This document shows, piece after piece, positions 24,480 to 36,335 of a stretch of DNA of 64,000 bases (positions within the stretch are counted from its first letter, which is position 1; each line of letters opens with the position of its first letter). Under the pieces are notes generated by a model that ran no database searches, had not been told where the DNA came from, and saw only the letters and a program-made list of their open reading frames with translations. Origin of the DNA: Tubulanus polymorphus (Eukaryota > Animalia > Nemertea). The DNA lies in assembly GCF_964204645.1 (NCBI RefSeq), contig NC_134033.1, positions 8,192,655-8,256,654 of the forward strand, written 5' to 3'. A program made the position numbers and the translations under genes.

Positions 24480-26108
24480 AAGCCAGGGAATCAATCTGCA
24501 ATTTCTGGTGACCATACAAAAAAATCTAGAGTAACCTTGACACACTACAACCATATACAACATGTTACAGGCTACAATTTTGTTATTCCCTGTTGTTACA
24601 AAATATGCCTGGGAACCAATAAAATGTGAAAATCATAGAACATGTCTTGAGGTACAATTTTGCAATTGATCATGGTAACAAAATTTGTCTAGGTACCAAT
24701 ATAATATGAAAATACTAAGTTATTCGACTATTCAACACCCCCTTGTTGCGAAATCTTTTTTTCACAAGAGAGTTTCCGCCATCTTGTTTGCAGTGCGCAT
24801 GATCCCCAGGCATTCTGTTTGTAAACACAATCCACACGTGTGCACTACATTCGCTGTAGTCACAGTGCGTTCGCGGCTATCAACCTACAAACAAAACCGC
24901 ATCAAATATACCCGCAAACCCGGGCATCTTCTCAACGTGATGAAAAATTTTTGAATGGATTTTTTGCCACCGCCCTTCATTCATATTTCAACTCATAACA
25001 TTTTGGAGGATTTAATTAAAGAGGTCGTTAAGCTTTCAGGTGATCGAACATGCGTGCTTGAAATGGGAATTAGTATGATTGAAAATAAAAGATTGAAATC
25101 TTAATCATTCGATTCTCTTTCAAAGGCTGCATGGATAATTTCGTTTGGAAATAAACAGAGTTTTTTATGCATTTAGTATCTCCTCAAAAATTGATCTCTG
25201 TGGGGCAAATTTCTAATTCGTTACTCATCAACAACACAAAAAGTCTTTTCTGTGTACGTTTAAAACATTTTGATCGAGTAAGAAAACACAGTCAGGGTTC
25301 ATGATCAGGTTTTCCATCCCATAAGTAGTAGACCGTATATGCGTACACATATACTGTATCAGTGTGTTAACAGTAGTGTACACACTTCTATTACGTACGC
25401 GCATATAGAACTCATGGTACGCGGGCTCAGGCACACTACAGTGACACAGTTCTCGGCGGTGTTCAGCGATTCCGAGCATGTGCACTGCGAACAAAATGGT
25501 GGAAACTTTCTGTGAAAAAAAATCGCCCCCTGGTTACCATAACAAAAACAAATGACCTTGAAATTCAACACAATCGTACATGTTGCTAAAACTTGGCAAT
25601 TGATTGCGGTAACAAAATATTCATTGGTTCCAATATAAAAAGGCAAGTTGGTACATAATGCAATATTCAACTCCTCTGGTGGCGAGAACAAATAATTGCA
25701 TAACCCCAATGCCATGTGAGGAGAATCCTAATTTATCACATATCATTGTAAAATTTATCAAATATCATACCTGTCAATATTTTGCTGAAAAAACCTTTTC
25801 TTCCTACAAATGAGGACTGATGACACAGAGATGGCTGCCACTTGACCAGTCGAAAGATCTGTCTGTGATCCCTTCCCTAAGTGTACCCAATGAAAATTTA
25901 AATGGCAAATCATTTGAATGCTACAGGTCTCAGAATTCAGAGCAAAATGTGTTTTTTGGGCAAGGGTTACTGGATGGCCATCTTGTGTCTGTTGACCAAA
26001 TTCTTCTTGCGCTGATGCACCATAGGGGAGACATAACATATGTGATAGATCAAGATGATTTATCAAAGCGTCTTCAAAATTTCTGGACTTCAGTCCCAAG
26101 CGGGCTAA
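24480..26108 (-). mobile_element. Diverged HINE-like family A copy interrupted by a MITE
   Basis: Degenerate 154-bp units and terminal ggacttcagtcccaagcgggctaaa. Confidence 0.65.
24748..25526. mobile_element. MULE-like MITE inserted in a HINE tandem unit
   Basis: Imperfect TIRs of about 55 bp (gcga..ttttttcacaagagagtttccgccatcttgtttgcagtgcgcatg and its inverse). 9-bp TSD ccccttgtt / cccctggtt (8 of 9 match). Confidence 0.6.
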
Positions 26109-27204
26109 ACAGGGTAGGTACTCGGGTTATACTGGTAACAACCTGGGTCCAGACTCACAAAAAGTTTCAACTCTTAAATCAACTCAGTATCTTCATTCAG
26201 TTTAGATCGACATCTTAAGGAATTAGGATCAATTTAAGAACTAATCAATCCGTTTGTGAAACTGCAAGATCTCACAAAAATACAAAATAAAAGATACAAC
26301 ATGTATTATTTATGGAAATGCAGTGTTTTATTTATTTCTGTTTATAAGTTGATTGATTATATAGAATCATTTTTCATCACTTTACAAACTATGGCGTGAT
26401 CCATAGGTTACCATGACAGCAATATTTTCCTCTTACAACAATACACATTGTACAGTACAAAGAATCTACAACAAAATACAATGTACAACAAAAGTTCGGT
26501 CATTAGAGATAATGAGCCAATAATATCAACCGATACCATTTCAAAATCTTCATAGATTTATTACAAAATCCTAAATTTCAATTGGTATTAAAGTTTATTT
26601 GTATATGTATATATAAAATTCTACGAAGCATCATTAACAGAATATTTCAACTGTTTACGTAAAAAAATCTTTCTTTTGCAAGAATTCATTGTAAAATTGT
26701 TTCTCTCGCATAACGTGGCTATTTTATTGCATTTGAATCATGATATGTCTTTTAGGGTGTGCATATACGCGTACCAAACGTTAGAGAAAGATGAAATCGA
26801 TATACATATCAGATACAAATTTTAGGTGTTTTTCTCTGGGTTCTTCTCGGTGTCATTTGAAAGATAGGTTGGTTTTTGCTGTGCAAGCCAAAATCGGTTT
26901 TACGTTACTGCATACATCACATATTCATGGCCTTTTTAAAGTTGGGTTTATTTTTTTGCCCCCTAATTTAATGGTAGAAAATGCGTTGATGAAATGACCA
27001 TAATCATTCCATCTCAATTTTCCAAATAATGAAAAATCCTATGAAATCGTCGCGCTGACCCCCACAATGCATAAGAAGACCATGCGAAGCTCCCATAAAA
27101 TCTTTTAACACTACATTAGAAAAAAAGAAAATTTCAAAAATGTGGTCTTCCATAGTAACAAACTGGCAGAAACAGATTACTAGTACACATTATGAGACCT
27201 AGTG

Positions 27205-30200
27205 AAACTAGGGGTCCAGGGGCACCATGCCCACTTGGGAAGTGGTTTCAAATGCTCAACAATCTAACAATTTCAATATTCAACGCCCCCTGGAGACCAT
27301 ATTAAAGAACCAACGACCTTGAAACTCACCAGACTCATAGAATATGTCAGCAGCTACGATTTTGTAATCGATTGTGATAACAAAATACGCCTCGTTACCA
27401 ATTTAATATGGAAATACCAAGTTATTCTACTACTCAACGCCCCCTGGTGACCATATGACCAATGACCTTGAAACTCATCACAATCATAGAACATGTCATG
27501 TCACTACAACTTTGCAATTGATCAAGGTAACAAAATATGCCTAGGTACCAATCTAATAAGGAAATACTAAGTTGTTCTACTATTCAATGCGCTCTGATGA
27601 CCATATAGAATAACTAATGTCCTTAAAACTCACCATAATCATAGACGATGTCATGAGCTACAACTTTGCGATTGATTGTGGTAACAAAATATGCATAGGT
27701 ACAAATAAACTTATAAAAAAATAAGTTTTTGTATTATTCAATGCCCCTGGTGGCAATATACAAAAATCAATGACCTTGAAATTCACCAAAATCTTAGAAC
27801 ACGATATGAGCTACATGTACAACTTTCCAATTGATTGTGGTAACACAATATGCTCAGGTATCAATATAATGTGGAAAAACTTTTTCCCACCTACAAATAA
27901 GTACTGATGACACCAAGATGGCCGCCAATTGGGCCTTAATTGGCTTATCAAAAATATTTGTCTCGGGTATAAAACATCCCTTTCCAAAGAATACTCATCA
28001 CAAATTGCAATGAGAAATGGCAAACCAGTAGGAAGCTACAGGACTCAGAATTCAGGCCAAAATTGTCATTATTGGGAACAAAACAAGGTCACAGAACGGC
28101 CAAATTGAGTCCGATCGAACCAATTTTTCTTATGCTGATGGGCCCTTGGGGGATTCATATACATATGAATGATCAAGGTTATTGACAAAACGTCTTTAAA
28201 ATTTCCCTCAAAAACTTAAATAAAGGACCAATGGTCCAGTGGTTTGCCAAACCATAGTGTGAAGTAAAAAATTTGTCATGTATAGGCTACTAGTGCGAAA
28301 AAAATTCATTTCATTGAAAATTGAATAAGAGAAATATATCAGTAACGACTTCATTTTGGTCAGTGATAACTTACTTTCTAACAAGAATGAAATCTTGATT
28401 GATCGAAAAATTGATTTTGGGAATTTTTGTCTCAACAAATTAATATTCATAATTCTTATACATTCATAGAATGCATATAAAACAAATAATACTATGAGTA
28501 CCCGAGTACCAGTGAGAGCCTGGGATTCATCGGAGGTTTTTCATTATCATATGCCTCAATTAGGACAGAAGCTCCCAACGCTATGCAATGCTTGCTTGCT
28601 ATGCTTGAGGCCAGTGCTGATAACTGACGAAATATAGTTTATCGACTGACATGGTTTTTAATCATTTCACGCTAGAAATGATGAATATGAACCTCTTCAA
28701 TTATGCCGCCATTTTGTTAAGCACCTGCTGATCCACCTCATTTACATATTCATGGGCGGATCCAGACCGTATTAGCCGTATTGCCCAATACGGTCTAGAA
28801 TTTTTAAGTGCCCTTCGAAATTTCACCGGAAATATTTTTGACGGCATTATTTCAGCAACCGCTAATTCCGTGTCCGGAATCCGGGCATAATTATAAAATT
28901 AATCGGTATATACTGCTGCCGAGAAAGTGAGGAGAGATAATCATATTTGTAACGCCTTTAATCATGATAAATTAAAAAGGGCACTTTCCTTTTGCAAGGG
29001 GCACTCATGCTTTAGATGAGGGCACCTTGTCCTTGCCTTTTCAGGGAGGGCTAAAGGGGCACTCGTACTTTAGAAGAGGGCACTATACGCGGAAAATGTT
29101 GAAGAAAAGGGCACTTTTTTGCCTAATTTTGAAAATTTTAGGGGCACTTTTGGTTAAGAAGATGGCACACGACATAAGGATAAATGTGAAGACGAGGCAA
29201 TTTTTGCCGATTGTTAACAATGAAGGGGCACTTGTTAGCTGTATTCTGTATAATTGTTAAGGGGCACTTTTAAAGATTATAGGGGCACTAGGCGAAGTTG
29301 GCGACAACCATTCTTTCATATGGGTTCGCCAGCTTCGTTTTTATCCGCATATGTTGAAATCTTGTCTCGAATTCGTTTATTCTGGATTGCGCTGCTAGCC
29401 TCTAGAAGCCCTCTAAAAGCCTTTAAATGGCACCATATTTTCAAAATTTTCTGGGGGTGGGCCCCCAGACCCCCCTGTAAGGCGTTCGCATTGACCTGGA
29501 TACTGGGTGTGCCCTTAGATCAGAAAGGTGCCCTTAAATTTCCTTCCAATACTGTCTACCCATCCCCCTGGATCCGCCCCTGATATTCAACGAATGCTAT
29601 GACTTCATGATGGAGTTCAAACCTGGTCAACACAAATTATATATAACCGAGATTTTGAGGGGTTTCATCTTTGAAAGCCCATAACTACCAAACAAAGCAT
29701 CGGATCTTGACGAGATAAAGTTCTTCCGACGCAAATAGCATTGAATTTTCACATGTGTTATTTTGGACAGTTGAAGATGCTGTATAAAAAAACGTGCTCA
29801 AATAAATCGATTTTTTGACACTTTTTGGTAAATTTCTCAAAAAATATGAAACCCACGGCTTTCAAATTTGCGTACCATAAAGAAAACAAATTATGAAATA
29901 TATTTTTGCTTAGTCCGTTTAATTCGCCCATTAGAAGTGAAATTACAGGCTACTGAAATTGCGTTTGAGTGTGCTAAAAATAGCTTTGAGCGTGTGTATT
30001 AAGCATACAAATGATTATCGATCGGCCAGACCGTTTACATAGTTACATAGTGTAAAAAATGCTGATTTTGGCGAACAACAATGGCTGCAAGTCGGCCATG
30101 ATTCTGACAGGGCCAGTTTTTGGGCTGAAGATGTGTCTAGGGTAGATACATGTGTAAACCCAAATATCAAGACATTAATTACATTGAAGCGTCTTCAAAA

Positions 30201-30288
30201 TTTCCCAAAATAATTGGATTCCGTCTACGGACGGACGAAAAGTGAACGCAATAGCCCGCTGGGACTTAAGTCCCAAGTGGGCTAAAAA
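27205..30288 (-). mobile_element. HINE-like family A copy split by an insert of about 1.8 kb (about 28216-30050)
   Basis: Family sequence stops at about 28215 and resumes collinearly at about 30051. Both termini are present. Confidence 0.8.
28751..29582. mobile_element. MITE with CA(T/G)GGGCGGATCCAG ends and repeated GGGCAC motifs
   Basis: TIRs catgggcggatccag / ctggatccgcccctg. Flanking direct repeat ATATT. About 10 forward and 3 reverse GGGCAC motifs. Confidence 0.75.
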
Positions 30289-33031
30289 GAGGAGGGCATC
30301 CATGCATCTTTGATGTTTCATCCATAAAATTATACATTTGCAAAATAGCTTCATTTCATCCCTCGTAAAATCATTAACTACAGATGAAAGATTTTTACCA
30401 CAATCCAGCCAAAGCTGGCATAAACAAGAGGACCATAAGGTCCATATGGTCGGAGACAGATGATTAAAATTGACTAATAAAGTAATGATTAATAGTGGAA
30501 GCATGAGGAGAATTTTTGGTCAGTGATAACAAATTTCAGTTTCTTATCAAATTTTTTTGTTCTACAGCGCACACCATGAATAGGATTTTTTTTTCAATTT
30601 ATCTGTCACTCTGTGAGTCAGTCTATGTTATATATACGAGCCGGAATGCCGCTCACCTTGCCACAGCACCATGTAGTATATATTAGTCTCAAAAGCCACA
30701 CTATCAACCACGTAGGGTGATTCCCCGAGAGTACAGTATCTTCAAGCGGCGCAGTTTGCGTACGTACACGCATTACTGGTAATTTTCATTTGAAAATCCC
30801 CTTACACGCACTATGCGGGCCAGTTTTCGAGCAAGTTTTCATTTACAACCCTGCAGTGACAGAAATGACCCTCTCCCAGTCAGTGTAAAACCATGCACAG
30901 TAGTTTTTATGAACTACTTTTGAATAAATCAGTCCACGAGGTAGGCCCTTAATTATATCGCCTTAAAACTTGTCATAATTTCATCAGAAATTTGAGAATT
31001 ATAATGCCCATAGCTAGAATCACGGATACAGGTAAATGATGCGTAACAGGCATTTTTCTATCGGATCTATGTGTTACATAGTTATGGCACTACATCCATG
31101 GTAGTGGAGCTATTACAGGTGTTGTTCGGTGAACCGCAGGATTTTTACTTGATACGATGCCTTTTATGGTCTCTGACCATAAAAATATTCTCTGGCCACA
31201 AGATGATAATCTTAACTCCACAAGACTTCATGAAATATATATACCAGATATTATATACCAGCGCGCTTATATGTTAAGAACATTCAAACATCCAGACATT
31301 CATAGCACAAGAGTTTTCAACGAAACAAAAAACACCAGGGCCTAGCCACTTCTACAATTGTCTGTCTAAATTATTGAGTTAAATAGTCGAAAATATACTA
31401 CAATTTCAAATCAATTCACATCAACTGGAACTGGATTTGGCATATCAAAAAATCTTTACATTCTTATGTACACGTATGGTATATAGATAGTGCTGTTTGT
31501 TCCCATCCAATTTAATTGATATATTCTTATGTACACGTTTATACATATACGTATGTATATAAGTACATATTATAAAAACATACAGAAATTGAATAAACAT
31601 TTAATACAGTCATCGCTTCATTTTTAAATTTTTTCATACATTTTCTCTCAAGTGAGAGTTTTATTAGGAGAAAAAAAAAATTGTAGTTTACAGAGTTTGT
31701 AACTTTACACAATGAAATCAATTGATATTGTATAGGGCATGGATTCAGGGGTCTTTATCAATCATAAAGCAGAGGAGATTTGCCTCCCCTCGAGCAAAGA
31801 AAATTTCACATATAGATTCTTTCCAGCAACTGGGGTGCGCCTTGGTAATTAATCATTAGCGATCGAACTTTAAAATGTTGGCTGCCAAAAAACTGGTCGG
31901 CATTATGGCAGATTATATGAATAACTGAGGGAGGTTAGGTTACTTCTTTTTTAGTGTAAAGCACCCGGGATCCACCCCTGAATTAACTTCATATTGCTAG
32001 CAAAACCAACGCAACGCTCTTGCACATGTGCATGTTTCAGCTCACTCATGCATATGTGCAAAAAGTGTGTATGATAACTAAAAAAATATAGCGATTATTT
32101 TGCAGATACCAAAGCGAAATGAATGCAAAACATTTCAACATAATTCTATTTGTGCTTTCAACCATGTGCAAAACATTCTAAATACGTTATGATATCGATA
32201 ATCAACTAACATTAATTATTCTAATCTTAATGCGTAATAAGCAATCCTTTGCCAAAAGTGAACTACTGGTTATAGATTCTTAAAAACTGTATTCAATCAC
32301 AACACTTTTGGCATTTTGCAACAGAAACATAGACAGATCTATGGGGAAAAGGGGCACATGGATGGGCCTGGAGTTAGATTTGACCATGAGATACTTTAAT
32401 TTTCGTTTATTTTTGCAGTAGTATGTTGACCAAAAGCTGTGGAAAAAGCTGGGTCTTTAAACACTAACTGGTAACTTCCACAATTTTAAAACTAGGTCAA
32501 ATAATTATATAGTGACATTGGGAATAAATTTTCGAATACTTACACAATGCTCTCACTCAGGGCCAAGCCTAACTTACTGATGATAAGGATAGATCCCAGT
32601 TTGTCCAGACATAGAGAAGGTTAAGAAGAATAAGATAAGAACATCTAGAAGATCTTTTTAGGCTGGCTCCAGAACAAAAACGGACCAAGGGAAATTTTTG
32701 AACAAAGTGTCCCCGTATTGTCTTCTTCAGTTACGATTGCATGCAGCATAAAAATCTATTCGATTTTCCCTATCATTGTCTTTATAAAACGTAGAAAACG
32801 CAATTTAGAGTATGTGTACTTCAATTGGACCCCCATGGGTGAATTACACCTAAATAAATGCCCTCAATTACACCATTACTCTTTTATTTCTAGGACCACT
32901 CAGTATAAAGTTTGAGTACTTAGATGTTGGGCAAGATTTTGTCATTGATGGTAGATTATGCTTGTGTAATCAAAAGAATGATTAATTATTTAATTATTTA
33001 CTAGCGTAATAATCTATCACTTTTGCTGAAG

Positions 33032-33286
33032 TTACGAACTTCGTAGACAAACTTGGCACCGACTGATACGCTGACGCAAACTGCCGGCTTTCAGCGTCTC
33101 GGAACGAGGTTGTTTAAACTGTGCGAACTGGTCGATCGTTGCCAGCCAAAAACTGTATGTTGTTGCATAGTAGTTACACGTTCCGCGCCCATGACATTCG
33201 ATGAACGGAGATGGTCGGAAATCTTCCAAACATGAACCTGGCGACTGCATACTCTGACCAGTGGCTGCTGAACCAGCGCCGGTGTG
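33032..33286 (-). CDS. COL4A1: Collagen IV alpha-1-like, terminal NC1 exon [23 protein letters not shown]...RCQVCLRSS*
   Basis: tttttcag| acceptor, phase 0, TAA stop. NC1 motifs [15 protein letters not shown] (alpha-1 type) and TLKAG. Confidence 0.97.
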   Translation of the reverse strand, partial: HTGAGSAATGQSMQSPGSCLEDFRPSPFIECHGRGTCNYYATTYSFWLATIDQFAQFKQPRSETLKAGSLRQRISRCQVCLRSS

Positions 33287-34297
33287 CTGAAAAATTCAAT
33301 ATCGAAGTCAGTACAATTATCAGATCATAAGAACATAGGAAACCATGTCTTATACTTTGGGCTTAGTTGCTTCATTGATCTAGAGGACATAAGCTGCATC
33401 AAACTGAAAAGATTGATCAGGACCAGGCCCTAGTTGAATTAAGCCTTTGCCTAATCACACGTATATCTCTCACTCATTACTTAAATGGTATCAAAACGTT
33501 GCTGTGGCAAGTGAGTCGAGTCACTTCCAGAACCTTATACAGAACTTTCACGAGGAGTAATTTGGCCAGTGCTAAAATTTGCATGGACCCTTTTGGACTA
33601 GGTTAGCATGGACCAAATTTGTTGCAGGTAAAAAACGCTAGTGTGATCACCACTTTTAGTCTGGTATACAGATCACTGACCTCGTCAATCCAGGGTTTAC
33701 AGGTTCAAACCCTGGTGGCGAGTTTCTTGGTCGAAGGTTCTTCTCTGGTCTCTCCCCCATTGGGAAAAAGAAACATAAAACCCGCTTATAATGCCCTGCA
33801 TGGCGCTTAGCGGGTTGAGGTGTTAAAATTAAAGAAAAAAAAAAACAGATATAGTGTATCGGAGCTCACGCTGATTTTTTCAAACTAAGGAGAGAATGTG
33901 GGAGGCAGAGTCCACACACATTTCCTTCAATTCTTGATTCATCAAGAGTGCCAGTTCCATAGTTGATTCATGTGTTCGAAAATTGGTATGACAGTTGTTT
34001 AGGCGACCTCTGCTACTCACTTAGGTCATCATAGCTGGGCGATCAGACGACTTATGGAAATAAACACTGGGACTCAAAAATAGACAACTTACCATAAGTG
34101 ATGTGATGATCTAACCAAATTTGTCAATGGTATTGAGGGGGTTAGGGTTAGGTTCAGATACTTATGTAAACTGCAGTTGCATCAAAAACTAATAGATTAG
34201 ATATAGAATTAAACCTCACTCACGACTATGGAACTGCATCCTAAGTTCACTTTGCTTAACAATGTAATACCCAGTACATCATTCAAATAAGAAATAC

Positions 34298-35518
34298 AAC
34301 TAGGGGTCCAGGGACACCATGCCCACTTGGGAAGTGGTTTCCAATGCTCAACAATCTAAGAATTTCAATGTCCAACGCCACCTGGTGACCATATACAAAA
34401 ACCAATGACCTTGAACCTCACCACAATCATAGAACATGTCAGCAGCTATGATTTTACCAATTTAATATGGAAATACTGAAAGTATTCTACTATTCAACGC
34501 CCCCCCTGGTGACCATATTCAAAACCCAATGACCTTAAAACTCACCATAATCATAGAACATGTCATAAACTACAACTTTGCAATTGATCATGATAACAAA
34601 ATATGTCTCATTACCAATTTAATATGGAAATACTAAGTATTCTACTATTCAACGCCCCCTGGTGACCATATTCAAAACCCAATGACCTTAAAACTCACCA
34701 TAATCATAGAACATGTCATAAACTACAACTTTGCAATTGATCATGGTAACAAAATATGCCTAGGTACCAATCTAATAAGGAAATACTAAGTTATTCTACT
34801 ATTCAACGCCCCCTGGTGACCATATAGAATAAATAATGTCCTTAAAACTCACCACAATCATAGATGATGTCATGAGCAACAACTTTGCAATTAATTATGG
34901 AACCAAAATATGCTTAGGTATCAATATAATGTGGAAAAACTTTTTCCCACCTACCAATGAGTACTGATGATACCAAGATGGCCGCCAATTGCGTCACAAT
35001 CAAAAATACCTGGCTCAAGTATAAAACAACCCTTTCCAAGGAATACCCATCAAAAATTGCAATGAGAAATGGCAAACCAGTAGGAAGCTACAGGACATTT
35101 TTTGGCACTAAAAAGGTCATAGGACGGCCATCTTGAGTCCGATCGACCCAATTTTTCTTATGGTGATGGGCCCTGGGGGGATTCAAATATATATAAAAGA
35201 TCAAGGTAATTGATTTAAGCGTCTTCCTTAATTTCCCTCAAAAAGTTCAAAAAGTGTAAAAAGTACTGATTTTGACGAACAACAATGGCTGCCAGTCGGC
35301 CATCTTGAATCTGAGAGGGCCAGTTTTTGGGCTGAAGATGTGTCTAGGGTAGACACATGTATAAACCAAATATCAATACATTACCTTGAAGCATCTTCAA
35401 AACTTCCCAAAATAACTGGATTCCGTCTACGGACGGACGGACGGACGAACGAACGGACGGACGGATGAAAAGTGAACGCAATAGCCCGCTGGGACTAAAG
35501 TCCCAAGTGGGCTAAAAA
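34298..35518 (-). mobile_element. HINE-like family A, full copy in the last collagen intron
   Basis: Both termini, (GGAC)n tract and four internal units. Confidence 0.85.
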
Positions 35519-36098
35519 GCAGACGATGGGTGCAAAATGCAAACACTTCATAGCTGGGTACATGTTTTATACTTTATCAATGAAGGTTTTAGTCAAGCAC
35601 TGATCGTAGCGGGTGAGGCTTAAAACCAAAAAAAACTTAGTGAAATATATTGCGAAAATACTCTCAGAAAGCTGGATCCACATCTATTGGCAAAACCTAC
35701 TCCATCGAATCTAGATTTCTCAAAAACCAGATGAATTAATAGAAAAGCCCATCTATCAATTTCACGGCTTGTAATTATGATAATATTTCCAAGACAATTG
35801 AAAATGACCTGAGACTAACTGCTAAGTAACTGCATCTGGTGGTGGATGACTGGAATTTTGCGTGGTCACAAATGATCCCGATTGAGTAGGGTTTACGGTA
35901 CAAGCATGTTGAAATAATATAGCACTAATTGGTTTCATTTCCTGAAAGCTCAAGTGAAATAGCCATAAGCGAGACCAATGCTAATAAGCAGGATGCAAGG
36001 TCATAAGTGGTGCACGGTCATACAGCAAAGCGAAAGTCAGCATATAAATGAGAAGCCAGAGTACACAACGATAAGCATTAAACATCTTATCGTCTTAC

Positions 36099-36185
36099 CA
36101 TCATTATACTGTAACCGATCCACATTCCACGCCAGCCGTTCGGGCACCGCGGAATTTGCATAGTTTGACTATGAACAGCCATGAG
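36099..36185 (-). CDS. COL4A1: Collagen IV NC1 exon, downstream copy [29 protein letters not shown]
   Basis: tcattcgtag| acceptor and |gtaaga donor. 87 nt, phase 0/0. Homologous to human alpha1(IV) [29 protein letters not shown]. Confidence 0.92.
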
Positions 36186-36248
36186 CTACGAATGACAAGA
36201 AATGAGAAAATCGGCATTACTTTACAAGGTGAAAATATTTCAACTTAC

Positions 36249-36335
36249 CACAATTAAACTGTAACCGATCCAAAGGCTCTCCCAACCGGTTGGGCAATCG
36301 GGGATTTCCCGACTCTGACTATGTATGGCCACTAA
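36249..36335 (-). CDS. COL4A1: Collagen IV NC1 exon, upstream copy [29 protein letters not shown]
   Basis: atctttcag| acceptor and |gtaagt donor. 87 nt, phase 0/0. Encodes the same NC1 segment as the copy at 36099-36185. Confidence 0.92.

Noticed and set aside
26320-33031. Very long collagen 3' UTR ending near 26330
   Set aside because: Several AATAAA candidates exist on the - strand (near 32885, 31660 and 26330), and the site used cannot be chosen from sequence alone.
34093-34110. Possible 18-nt micro-exon ag|ATCATCACATCACTTATG|gtaagt on the - strand
   Set aside because: No polypyrimidine tract and no fit to NC1. Likely a chance donor match.
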